Both the position numbers and the translations under genes were made by a program. From the UHGV virus genome UHGV-0010575: a stretch of 38,085 nt of DNA, one strand, 5' to 3'. Of this stretch, positions 1 through 7,939 are shown piece after piece. The notes under the pieces were generated by a model that was given only the letters and a program-made list of their open reading frames with translations, made no database searches and had not been told where the DNA came from. The first letter of the stretch is position 1; each line of letters opens with the position of its first letter. This DNA comes from a virus.

Positions 1-183
1 TGAATAAAACCACGAGTTCCTGGTGTGCCTTATTCGGCCTGCTAGTTCGAATTTAATTTACGGTTTTTATGTGGTTTTAGGGATAAACACAAGGATGGTG
101 TCCCCTGCAGACATCTACTTGAAGCGGCAGGGGATTGATTGGAATGGTGTTTTTTAGATGTGAAAAATATTTTACCCGCTATT

Positions 184-384
184 TTACCCATTGGCGCGGC
201 TTAAGAGCTTATTTTTGAATTCACAATGGTCACGATATAACCATCTTGCGCGTCCGTGGATAACTTTGGCTTTTGGCAGGTCGCCGGACTTAATCCGGTC
301 ATAGATGAAGGTTTTACCAAAGCCAGTATCAGCCATGATGAATTTCAAATCAACCAGTGAATCAGGTTGTAGTTCGTGTTGCAT
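184..384 (-). CDS. Excisionase-like / AlpA-family small DNA-binding protein (66 aa)
   Basis: ORF in track; small basic protein with HTH-like segment (FIMADTGFGKTFIYDRIKSGDLP), typical of phage Xis/AlpA regulators; family assigned from recall only. Confidence 0.5.
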   Translation of the reverse strand: MQHELQPDSLVDLKFIMADTGFGKTFIYDRIKSGDLPKAKVIHGRARWLYRDHCEFKNKLLSRANG

Positions 385-429
385 GAGTGCTATCTCCGAA
401 TAGGGAATCGAACCTGCAAATCAGGCAAT

Positions 430-455
430 AAAAAACCGCCATCAGGCGGCTTGGT
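430..455 (-). terminator. Rho-independent terminator (stem CCGCC/GGCGG, loop TGAT, then T6 on minus strand)
   Basis: Read directly: minus-strand RNA ...CCGCCUGAUGGCGGUUUUUU; overlaps the stop of the 55-aa ORF. Confidence 0.5.
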
Positions 456-609
456 GTTCTTTCAGTTCTTCAATTCGAATATTGGTTACGTCTGCATGTG
501 CTATCTGCGCCCATATCATCCAGTGGTCATAGCAGTCGTTGATGTTCTCTGCTTCGATAACTCTGTTGAATGGTTCTCCATTCCATTCACCTGTGACTCG
601 GAAGTGCAT
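442..609 (-). CDS. Small hypothetical protein (55 aa, MHFRVTGEWNGEPF...)
   Basis: Hand-translated ORF below the track's 60-aa cutoff; ATG preceded by GGAG 7 nt upstream; stop embedded in terminator hairpin. Confidence 0.35.
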   Translation of the reverse strand: MHFRVTGEWNGEPFNRVIEAENINDCYDHWMIWAQIAHADVTNIRIEELKEHQAA

Positions 610-659
610 TTATCATCTCCATAAAACAAAACTCGCCGTAGCGAGTTCAGATAAAAGAA

Positions 660-680
660 ATCCCCGCGAATGCGAGGATA
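660..680 (-). terminator. Rho-independent terminator (hairpin CCUCGCAUUCGCGGGG + U-rich tail on minus strand)
   Basis: 16-nt hairpin 662-677 followed on the minus strand by AUUUCUUUU; lies just downstream of the 698..979 gene. Confidence 0.5.
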
Positions 681-697
681 GTTACTTGTTCATATTA

Positions 698-979
698 TTA
701 ATCGTCAATGTATTTTGAGCATTGTGGGCAATCATCAATCCCACAATACGATTCATATGCATCCTTTATTGCGTCGCGGGCTTCAGTAAGAGTATTGAAT
801 AAGTTGCAGCTATTATCTTTTTGATATAGGTAAGTTCCTAATTTATAAGCAGAAGAAGCATCATTTCCGCTGTCTAAAATTACATCGTTATGGATTCTGC
901 ACCTTGCAAGAACTCCTGATCCCATAAGGGTCTGCATAGCCCATTGCTCTTGATCTTCACACAAATCATGAATACTCAT
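698..979 (-). CDS. Hypothetical protein (93 aa), Cys-containing C-terminus
   Basis: ORF in track (698..997); start moved to the internal ATG at 979, which has GAGGTG 5 nt upstream. Confidence 0.5.
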   Translation of the reverse strand: MSIHDLCEDQEQWAMQTLMGSGVLARCRIHNDVILDSGNDASSAYKLGTYLYQKDNSCNLFNTLTEARDAIKDAYESYCGIDDCPQCSKYIDD

Positions 980-1093
980 TTCAACACCTCTCTTCACGTT
1001 TCACACACGTTAAGATTAACAGTGTTTTTACATGCTTTGGAAGATTTATTTTATAAAAACTCTTTTAATACAAATAGATATAATAGTTCACTA

Positions 1094-1894
1094 TTATAGC
1101 TCCTTTAATCGAGGCGGTTCTGGTAGTGGCATCCAGTGTGACGGCTCACATACCCCCTCAACACCATTCATGTAAAAGAATTGAAATAACCCTTTACCTT
1201 TGTGAAACCCTACCATCTGCTCTTTTGTGTCTGAGCAATAAACCAAAACATCTTCTTCGTTCGGCATTCGCTCACTACAGCTTATCCAACCATCCGGAGT
1301 TACCGGAGAGTTGCTATTTACATCGAAGTTTGGCTCTGCGTCCTGAACCAGGAGGATGTAACCATTCTTGGCCGTATCAAGTTCTAACGCCTCGGTGACG
1401 GTGCCGAAATAGCGATTACCTAAATCAGCATCACAAGTGCTTACATCAATGGAAACTTCCATGCCTTCGATTAATTCTGCCAAGTTGTAAGCTTGGCTTA
1501 CAGGTTCGGCTTCCAGTTCTGCTATGCGCTTATTTGCTGCTTCCAGCTCAACACGCAGCTTCCCTACCGTTAGCGCAATTTCCTCGTTCTCCTGGTCGCG
1601 GCGTTTGATGTATTGCTGGTTTCTTTCCCGTTCATCCAGAAGCGCCAGCACAGTAGCCGGATTGGCTGCGGCGATGAATTCAGCATTGGCCTGCTGTTCA
1701 GTTTGGAAATCTTCATCGAAACCGCTTTCAGGATGCGCTCCTTCAATTCTGCAAATGGGAATATATCCAGCAACTTCACGATGAATTAGTGCATCATCAC
1801 CATCAAATCGGCTCTCTCCATATTCGAGAGACCACTCACCACACGTTGCTTTTTCTGCCTTTTCACGCAGTACCTGATAGTCAATCTTGCTCAC
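1094..1894 (-). CDS. Ead/Ea22-like early protein
   Basis: Translation resembles the lambdoid Ead/Ea22-like family (central coiled coil, C-terminal DUF551-like region); start placed at GTG 1894 after AAGGAGG, overlapping upstream stop (GTGA). Confidence 0.55.
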   Translation of the reverse strand: MSKIDYQVLREKAEKATCGEWSLEYGESRFDGDDALIHREVAGYIPICRIEGAHPESGFDEDFQTEQQANAEFIAAANPATVLALLDERERNQQYIKRRDQENEEIALTVGKLRVELEAANKRIAELEAEPVSQAYNLAELIEGMEVSIDVSTCDADLGNRYFGTVTEALELDTAKNGYILLVQDAEPNFDVNSNSPVTPDGWISCSERMPNEEDVLVYCSDTKEQMVGFHKGKGLFQFFYMNGVEGVCEPSHWMPLPEPPRLKEL

Positions 1895-2475
1895 TGGTTG
1901 CCTCCTTTGCGAATCTGTTCCGCCCATTCTTCAAGGGATTTCTCCGCATATTCACCGGACAGGCCATCAATCGGGTACGGTTCATTAGCCAACTCTTCTT
2001 TCGCTGACAGAATCATGCGCGTAACGTCGAAAACTTCACGCAAAGACTTATTGATAAATCCGTGATTGAACGCAGCAGCAAGACGGCTGGCGGTATAGTT
2101 AATCCCCTCGTTGCGTGCTTCCGCACGAATTTCAGCCAGAAAAGCATCGGTGGCTGGGGTTTCCGTGAAGTTGTCCTCCCAACCGTAGTACTCCTGACGA
2201 CAGAAGTTATTAAATTCCTTCTCCGACTGTTTAAGCGCCGCATTCTCCGCTGCCAGCTCCGAAAACTTCTCGTGTGCCAACTTAACAGCCGAATCAGCCT
2301 GCTTAATTGACTCAATCGCTTTCTGGTGGTCTTCGGACAGAGCCGAAATCTTTGCCTCCGCTTCAGCAAATTTACGCACCAGATATTCAGCGTTTGTTTC
2401 GTTAACCTTTAAATCACATGGGATGCATTTACCTTTCAGAAATCCATCCATCTCAATTAGTGACATTTGTTTCAT
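1891..2475 (-). CDS. Hypothetical early protein (about 194 aa)
   Basis: ORF in track (1891..2493); start placed at ATG 2475, which forms an ATGA overlap with the stop of the upstream 54-aa ORF. Confidence 0.5.
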   Translation of the reverse strand: MKQMSLIEMDGFLKGKCIPCDLKVNETNAEYLVRKFAEAEAKISALSEDHQKAIESIKQADSAVKLAHEKFSELAAENAALKQSEKEFNNFCRQEYYGWEDNFTETPATDAFLAEIRAEARNEGINYTASRLAAAFNHGFINKSLREVFDVTRMILSAKEELANEPYPIDGLSGEYAEKSLEEWAEQIRKGGNQ

Positions 2476-2636
2476 TTCTTCCCACTCCGCCACATCGCAT
2501 TCAGATATTTGTTTTGATTTACTGATGGAAAAGAATTTCTCTTAAGCAATTCCTCTCTCGATGGCATTGGCTTTACGCGTTGGCGAATAATCATTTCTGC
2601 CGGAAGAATGCCGGGATTGTATGCAAGTCCTCTCAT
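2472..2636 (-). CDS. Small hypothetical protein (54 aa, [15 protein letters not shown]...)
   Basis: Hand-translated; AGAGGA SD about 8 nt upstream; ATGA-coupled to downstream gene. Confidence 0.35.
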   Translation of the reverse strand: MRGLAYNPGILPAEMIIRQRVKPMPSREELLKRNSFPSVNQNKYLNAMWRSGKK

Positions 2637-2652
2637 GATTAATTCCTCTTTG

Positions 2653-2967
2653 TTAATTTATTTGTATGCCTGCTCTTTCTTCATCGAGTTTTTTTAGCTT
2701 GTATCGCATAGCCCTTACTGAATAAATTGAGCGGCAGGTTGCAATTGCTATTTCTTCTGCGGAGAACTTACCGAAAAGTGATACTTCGGCTCTTGTCCAT
2801 CGTCTTCCACGAAATCGGCTAACAATGTCAGCGCCAATCCTTGTTGCTTTCGCCATTACTGCTTTCTCAGTCCTTTCCAGTTTTTCAGCGATAACTTCAA
2901 CTGGCATTGTCGCCGCTACTTCGCGCAAGAAATCGACTTCCCATTTCTCCCATGGAGTCTTTTTCAT
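2653..2967 (-). CDS. Hypothetical protein (104 aa)
   Basis: ORF in track, same strand and tight spacing within the leftward early operon. Confidence 0.5.
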   Translation of the reverse strand: MKKTPWEKWEVDFLREVAATMPVEVIAEKLERTEKAVMAKATRIGADIVSRFRGRRWTRAEVSLFGKFSAEEIAIATCRSIYSVRAMRYKLKKLDEERAGIQIN

Positions 2968-2978
2968 AGGCGATACCG

Positions 2979-3461
2979 TTATTTGATAAGAAGTGAAGGT
3001 TTCCCAACTTTTAGTTGAGCACCGGGGATATTTATTCCTGCTTTTAGTTGGTGTTTGATTGCCAGTTTGTCGGCTTTAATTGTCGTTTCAAACTCAACGT
3101 ATTCAGGAGGAAGGGCGCTTGAGTCGATGATTTCTACAGTTTCTGACGGTTTGCGGATTGTTACCTGGTGAATACCTGCTCGAATCTTTTTCTTGCCAAC
3201 CATTTCAAGCGATGACGCTATATACGCCATAATTCTGTCAATCTTATTTTGAATTACTGCGGCTCGCTCATTTAGTGACTTTGCCTCTTCCTTGAGGCGT
3301 TCAGCATAACCAGATTCATTTTTAATAATGGCAAGAAGTTGCTCTATTTTATCGGTAAATTCTCCTTCCATGCCTTCTATTGTGTCAGCAATCATCTCTG
3401 GTTCTAAATCTGAATCCATCAATTTTGCGTATTCATTGGCTATTTCATATAGTTTGCTCAC
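2979..3461 (-). CDS. Gp157-family phage protein (160 aa)
   Basis: N-terminal MSKLYEIANEY... and overall pattern recalled as siphovirus Gp157 family, commonly adjacent to RecT. Confidence 0.55.
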   Translation of the reverse strand: MSKLYEIANEYAKLMDSDLEPEMIADTIEGMEGEFTDKIEQLLAIIKNESGYAERLKEEAKSLNERAAVIQNKIDRIMAYIASSLEMVGKKKIRAGIHQVTIRKPSETVEIIDSSALPPEYVEFETTIKADKLAIKHQLKAGINIPGAQLKVGKPSLLIK

Positions 3462-4356
3462 TGGAAACCTCCAGTTTAGCTTTGCATTCTATGTAAATGG
3501 CTTGTACGTTCTGCTGCAATTTCATTCCAGATGTCAGGCGATATGCTTCTGCAAAATATCGCTTCAAATCATCCATGTTTTCTGCCTGAGCCATTTCATC
3601 ACAAAGAAGTTGTGCTTTTTCCATAATTTCCTGCTGGCGTTTCCGTTCATCTTCGCGGATATATTCCTCTGATTTGTGCGGCATAACTGGTTCAGTCCAC
3701 ACACCTTCTTCTTCGTTTAGTACGTGAATAGCACTATCAAGACGTGATGCCTTAGGCCAATACTTGCTTGCACGCTTTACGACCGTCTTTCGCGCCATCT
3801 CATTCCAGTGATTTACCCATGGTCCTTTATCGCTGAATGCCGCCTTGCTTGTTTTCCTTACAGCCTCAATTTCAGCCAGACTCATCTCTTCCGTTAGATA
3901 ATCACCTGCTGGCGTCTTAACTGTGCAGTAAACGCCAACGATATCACCACGATCACCGAAGGCGTTGTATTTATGGGTTGGTGCTTTATCAAGCCCGTTT
4001 GACTCATAGGTATCGTTAGCATGAACAAGTTTTGCCTGACCCCATGAGATAACACCAGACTCCATTGCAATATGGAGCAATCCCATATAACTGATATCAA
4101 GGCAAACCATGCCGTCGCGCGGAACTAGATAAGCAAGTTTGCTGGCCGGGTTTAAGGTGATGCCGATCGCCGCAACATTGATGATGGCGTTCTGTGCGCT
4201 GGTTGGATTTGCCAGTGCCGTTTTAGCAAGGTAATCATTTTTCTGGAAATACTGAATTGCAAACTGGCTTTCCTTAGCCCATGTCACCGTCTGTTCAGTC
4301 AATGCTCCGCAGAATAACTGCTCCTGCTGTTTAACGAATTCAACGATATTGCTCAT
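3445..4356 (-). CDS. recT: RecT-family single-strand annealing recombinase
   Basis: 303-aa translation with characteristic RecT/Bet-type regions; sits where erf/bet is found in lambdoid early-left operons. Confidence 0.8.
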   Translation of the reverse strand: MSNIVEFVKQQEQLFCGALTEQTVTWAKESQFAIQYFQKNDYLAKTALANPTSAQNAIINVAAIGITLNPASKLAYLVPRDGMVCLDISYMGLLHIAMESGVISWGQAKLVHANDTYESNGLDKAPTHKYNAFGDRGDIVGVYCTVKTPAGDYLTEEMSLAEIEAVRKTSKAAFSDKGPWVNHWNEMARKTVVKRASKYWPKASRLDSAIHVLNEEEGVWTEPVMPHKSEEYIREDERKRQQEIMEKAQLLCDEMAQAENMDDLKRYFAEAYRLTSGMKLQQNVQAIYIECKAKLEVSSEQTI

Positions 4357-4664
4357 GCTGCTTCTCCATAAATGTGTCTGCGTTTGAATATTGCGAAGGC
4401 ATATTCAGCCTTAACTCTTTCGGTTATTGCATCCCAGAACCATTCAGCGGCTTTTTCCTGATAGTTACAGTCATCATCTTCCAGCCAGTCGATAGCGTCC
4501 TTAGTGTGTTCATCTGGTTTATATGAGCGAAGCATTTCGCTTATTGGGTCGCAACGTTTGCAGAGGCGATCAACTTCACTGTTGATTCGCTCGTAATCTT
4601 CATCAGTAAAACTTGCGATTATTTGCGATATTTCACGCTTATCATTCAGAGTCAGAATCATCAT
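4353..4664 (-). CDS. Hypothetical protein (103 aa)
   Basis: ORF in track; AAGGAG SD 5 nt upstream of ATG 4664; overlaps RecT start. Confidence 0.5.
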   Translation of the reverse strand: MMILTLNDKREISQIIASFTDEDYERINSEVDRLCKRCDPISEMLRSYKPDEHTKDAIDWLEDDDCNYQEKAAEWFWDAITERVKAEYAFAIFKRRHIYGEAA

Positions 4665-4749
4665 CTTTCTCCTTCTCTTTGTGCTGATTGAGCATTTTGT
4701 TCATCTGACGAATGAATTCTTCGTCTGACCAGTTATCTGTAAAACTCAT
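4642..4749 (-). CDS. Small acidic hypothetical protein (35 aa)
   Basis: Hand-translated; ATGA overlap with the kil-like stop; below track cutoff. Confidence 0.3.
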   Translation of the reverse strand: MSFTDNWSDEEFIRQMNKMLNQHKEKEKDDDSDSE

Positions 4750-4898
4750 TTCCTGCGATACCACGGAAGGTTGATAGCTGATTTCATCGCTTTATTTGCT
4801 TCAAGCCACATTTTTGAATCACCAATAAATCTGGCTATTACTGCTTTGTTTTGTGCAGCACGAAGCATCTGGTGATTGATGGCTATTTCATTGCGCAT
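4746..4898 (-). CDS. kil: Kil-like host-killing protein (50 aa)
   Basis: Hand-translated MRNEIAINHQMLRAAQNKAVIARFIGDSKMWLEANK...; central IA.FIGD.KM motif recalled from lambda Kil; position downstream of the cIII-like gene matches lambda. Confidence 0.45.
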   Translation of the reverse strand: MRNEIAINHQMLRAAQNKAVIARFIGDSKMWLEANKAMKSAINLPWYRRK

Positions 4899-5017
4899 AA
4901 CGCCTCCAGTTGTTTCTTTGCTGCTCTGATTAATTGTTTAACTCGGCGTGATAATTCAGATTCGTGCGGGTAGAAAGCGGACATGACGCCGCTACCCGCG
5001 AGCTGAAAGTGCATCAT
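4883..5017 (-). CDS. cIII-like small protein (44 aa)
   Basis: Internal start of track ORF 4883..5122 with AAGGAG 6 nt upstream; AG..V..P.ES.L.RR.K.L pattern resembles lambda cIII core helix (recall only). Confidence 0.4.
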   Translation of the reverse strand: MMHFQLAGSGVMSAFYPHESELSRRVKQLIRAAKKQLEALCAMK

Positions 5018-5233
5018 GGGTAACTCCTTATATTTGATTGCATAACGAAAACGCCTCGAGTGAAGCGTTATTGTTATGCATATAAAAAGGCCCTCACATC
5101 GGAGGGCAAAGAAGATTTCCAATAATCAGAACAAGTCGGCTCCTGTTTAGTTACGAGCGACATTGCTCCGTGTATTCACTCGTTGGAATGAATACACAGT
5201 GCAGTGTTTATTCTGTTGTTTATGCCAAAAATA

Positions 5234-5252
5234 AAGGCCGACTATGCGGCCT
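5234..5252 (-). terminator. Rho-independent terminator (stem AGGCCG/CGGCCU, U-rich tail on minus strand)
   Basis: Hairpin overlaps the stop of the 5242..5865 gene; minus-strand tail UUAUUUUUGG. Confidence 0.45.
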
Positions 5253-5865
5253 CGGAAGGAAGTCCAATCATCTTATTCAAATCTTCTACCCGTAAAGCAG
5301 GAAGTGCTGTACTTGCTTTATCTGCTTCTTTTGGTAGCAATTCTTTGCTTTCAGGCCAAACTTCAATAAGTCGCTTAACTGTTGTTACTGAGTTCAAAGC
5401 AGCCCATACATTTGATTCGATATCCTTTTTCTTGGCTTCAAGTTTTTGTTGTAATGCGCAGATTTCATCAAACCTTTTTGTTATTTCGTGCTCTGCGTCA
5501 AACATGCATTTATCTTTTGTCGGAGTAGGGAGCAATATATCTTCGCCGTTGCCGTCTTTCCCATATGAATGCCATCCAACCCTTCTGCCAGATACAGTAA
5601 GATAAATTGAAGTAGAACGAACATCGCATGAGTAAAATGAACATCCCATCTTTTCAAGTTCTTCACTTATAGCTACCAACTTGGATGATAACTGATCCAC
5701 TTCCTCAGTTTTCTTTTTACCGCCAAACGCAATAACTCTGGCGTCAAGTGCAAGCTGGTTCTTTAACTTTGTTACTTCTTCAAGTTCAGTGAAAACCCCA
5801 GACTTAATTAAAGCGTTACGAGCGATTTCCTCTTTCATTCTCGTAGTTAAGCGGATTGATGACAT
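5242..5865 (-). CDS. Hypothetical protein (207 aa), coiled-coil rich
   Basis: ORF in track (5242..5880); start at ATG 5865 with GAGGAA SD; no family recognised. Confidence 0.5.
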   Translation of the reverse strand: MSSIRLTTRMKEEIARNALIKSGVFTELEEVTKLKNQLALDARVIAFGGKKKTEEVDQLSSKLVAISEELEKMGCSFYSCDVRSTSIYLTVSGRRVGWHSYGKDGNGEDILLPTPTKDKCMFDAEHEITKRFDEICALQQKLEAKKKDIESNVWAALNSVTTVKRLIEVWPESKELLPKEADKASTALPALRVEDLNKMIGLPSEAA

Positions 5866-5982
5866 ATTAATTCCTCTCAAATAAGAAAATAAAGGCCACC
5901 ATCAGGCAGCCTTGTTGTTCTGTTTACCAAGTTCTCTGGCAATCATTGCCGTAGTTCGTATTGTCCACACCATTGATTTGTA

Positions 5983-6069
5983 TCAATAGTCGTAGTCATA
6001 CGGATAGTCCTGGTATTGTTCCATCACATCCTGAGGATGCTCTTCGAACTCTTCAAATTCTTCTTCCAT
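5983..6069 (-). CDS. Tiny acidic ORF (28 aa, MEEEFEEFEEHPQDVMEQYQDYPYDYDY)
   Basis: Hand-translated; strong GAGGTG SD 5 nt upstream; very short, may not be translated. Confidence 0.25.
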   Translation of the reverse strand: MEEEFEEFEEHPQDVMEQYQDYPYDYDY

Positions 6070-6127
6070 ATATCACCTCAAATAAGTGGTTTGCTGCCTA
6101 ATTTCATTTTCTGGCGACCAACACAAG

Positions 6128-6400
6128 TCACCTCGCCGTCAGTTGTTTTGATTTCCGGTAGCCTGCCGCGTAAATGGCTACGTTTGGAAGACAAGTTGAA
6201 CCTTCATATTTTCTGGTCAACGTTGTCAGAGTTATAACTTCTGCTCTCATTGCTGGTTTGCGCTTGCATTGCAAGACCACTCGTGAAGGGGTTGGCCTGT
6301 GTAGCTTGTCGGAGCTAATCGACTCCTGACTTTGCAGGTTTGCGCGACGAGCTCTACGACGAGAAGCTGCGGTGCCTTTAAATTCTGTTTTTCTGGACAT
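6128..6400 (-). CDS. N: N-like transcription antiterminator (P22 gp24-like)
   Basis: Arg-rich N-terminal motif (GTAASRRRARRANLQ) and C-terminal ...VAIYAAGYRKSKQLTAR recalled as P22 gene 24 product; start at internal ATG 6400 with GGGAGG SD; flanked by a nut-like site. Confidence 0.6.
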   Translation of the reverse strand: MSRKTEFKGTAASRRRARRANLQSQESISSDKLHRPTPSRVVLQCKRKPAMRAEVITLTTLTRKYEGSTCLPNVAIYAAGYRKSKQLTAR

Positions 6401-6498
6401 AGATTCCTCCCGAATAAACTTTGGCGATGCAATCTCGAAGCTCCTCCTGAGACGGTTGCTTCGGCATTGCATCCCACAGCTCATGTGGTTGGGTGATC

Positions 6499-6546
6499 TG
6501 GCTTTTCAGCCACGTAGTCGAGTGTTCGACGTTGTTTAAAGAGCCT
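6499..6546 (-). promoter_or_regulatory. nutL-like site (boxA GGCTCTTTA, spacer, boxB hairpin UGGCU-GAAA-AGCCA)
   Basis: Read directly on the minus strand; near-identical architecture to the nutR candidate at 8935-8980. Confidence 0.5.
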
Positions 6547-6550
6547 GCCA

Positions 6551-6796
6551 GTCTGTTCCGTTTGGCTTCCAGCGTCCTGCTGACGGTTAAATAGTACGAT
6601 ATGTACTTTATTGGGTCAATACGATTTGTTCTAAAATGGGGTGATTTTTTATAACACTTTGTATTTAATAGTGTTGTTTTTTAGCGTGGGTGTATCGCCT
6701 CGGCGATGTAAGGAGAGATCAGAATTGCGTGGTTTAGTGAGTTGTATCTATTTATTTTTCAATAAATACATTTGGTTATGTGTCTTTAGGTGGGGC
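6551..6796 (-). promoter_or_regulatory. Candidate pL/OL region (AT-rich, inverted repeat AACACT-N11-AGTGTT at about 6652-6675)
   Basis: Position between cI operon terminator and nutL/N; shares TGTATTT motif with the OR region; exact operators and promoter not resolved. Confidence 0.3.
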
Positions 6797-6800
6797 GTGA

Positions 6801-6830
6801 GGCAAAGAAAACCCGGCGCTGAGGCCGGGT
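6801..6830 (-). terminator. Rho-independent terminator of the cI operon (stem CCCGGC/GCCGGG)
   Basis: Hairpin 6812-6829 followed on the minus strand by UUUUCUUUG; immediately downstream of the 206-aa gene. Confidence 0.6.
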
Positions 6831-6837
6831 TAATGCG

Positions 6838-7458
6838 TTAATGCTGGGGAGTGATTTTTTTGTTGTCTGTTGGCTGGGTATTTTGTGGCGGCGCTTGCAA
6901 AGTGGAAGGCTGTTGCAAAGGTGCGTGGTCTGACTTTAAAGCTGATACCAGCCCGGGAATCGCAACTATTACAGCGATAATGACACTAAAAATGGCTAAT
7001 CGTATAGAAATACCCGACTGAACACCACTAATTGCGGTATTAACCCCTGTTATTTGTCCTTGAATTCCTTCGAATCTCCCATTAATTGCTTTTATATCGC
7101 CAGCAGCGCTATCCATCTTTCCATCGATCTTGGACGATAGAGAGTTTATGGCTGCATTAAGTGATGCAAATTGGACATTAACGCTTTCACGAGATAGAGC
7201 CATGTCAGCCATAATGGAAGAAGCAATAGACTCCATCTCTGCTTTATTAGCAGCTAAGCGAGCATCAAGTTCCTCTCTGCTGATCGTTCCCACTTCTTCC
7301 TCCGTTTGTGGCGGTTTTATGTAATTATTTTGCACCTTGGTGGGAGAATTATCAAATTCAGCCTCAAAATAGGAACCGCCAACAACCTTCAACCTCCGGC
7401 TTTCAGATATGTTGGTGTCTTGCTTTCCATGATTATTTAAATTGCTGTCGTCACTCAT
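6838..7458 (-). CDS. Unrecognised protein (206 aa): coiled-coil region, single C-terminal transmembrane helix, Pro/Gln-rich tail
   Basis: ORF in track; hydrophobic segment IRLAIFSVIIAVIVAIPGLVSAL; ATGA overlap with upstream ORF; no family recognised. Confidence 0.55.
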   Translation of the reverse strand: MSDDSNLNNHGKQDTNISESRRLKVVGGSYFEAEFDNSPTKVQNNYIKPPQTEEEVGTISREELDARLAANKAEMESIASSIMADMALSRESVNVQFASLNAAINSLSSKIDGKMDSAAGDIKAINGRFEGIQGQITGVNTAISGVQSGISIRLAIFSVIIAVIVAIPGLVSALKSDHAPLQQPSTLQAPPQNTQPTDNKKITPQH

Positions 7459-7889
7459 AATAGCTCTACGGTGAAAAATGATTCATTTTTATGAAGTTCA
7501 TTTTTAGGGTCTTCATTATCCTGCAATATCCCTATAACACTATACAGCCCTTTAGCTGGGACCCTAATTTCTTTCAATGTTACTATTACCTGTCCGCCAA
7601 CCCCTGTTTCAAAATGGCTATCTTTCGTATCGATGAAAAGTGAAACTGATTCCGAAGAGCCGTCAGGGAATTGAATTTCCTCACCTTTTTTTATAATTAG
7701 GTGCGCGGGGATTACCATAATACCCAAATTATATCTTGAATTTGGTTTCAACCCGATCATACCAACCCTGAAATCAATTGATAGCCGCGCAGGAAATTCA
7801 TTGCATGTAAAATTAAGCGTCGGTTGGTTGGGTTCTTCGCTGCTATCAAATGGGGTTATAAAAGATATTCTTTCTAAATTAAGTGCCAT
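7455..7889 (-). CDS. Unrecognised protein (about 144 aa)
   Basis: ORF in track (7455..7943); start at ATG 7889 with AGGAG 6 nt upstream; AT-rich coding sequence. Confidence 0.5.
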   Translation of the reverse strand: MALNLERISFITPFDSSEEPNQPTLNFTCNEFPARLSIDFRVGMIGLKPNSRYNLGIMVIPAHLIIKKGEEIQFPDGSSESVSLFIDTKDSHFETGVGGQVIVTLKEIRVPAKGLYSVIGILQDNEDPKNELHKNESFFTVELL

Positions 7890-7939
7890 AAATTCTCCTG
7901 CATCGCTGTATGCTCTACGAGCATCTCGGCGACTTATCA

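Noticed and set aside
169-189. 9-bp direct repeat ATTTTACCC x2 near the xis stop
   Set aside because: Could be an Int/Xis or IHF site, but it is short, overlaps coding sequence and has no supporting att core; treated as chance.
376-624. 82-aa plus-strand ORF
   Set aside because: Spans a terminator hairpin and overlaps the better-supported minus-strand 55-aa ORF; no SD.
6641-6841. 66-aa plus-strand ORF in the pL/OL region
   Set aside because: Lies in an AT-rich regulatory region and runs through the cI-operon terminator; no SD.
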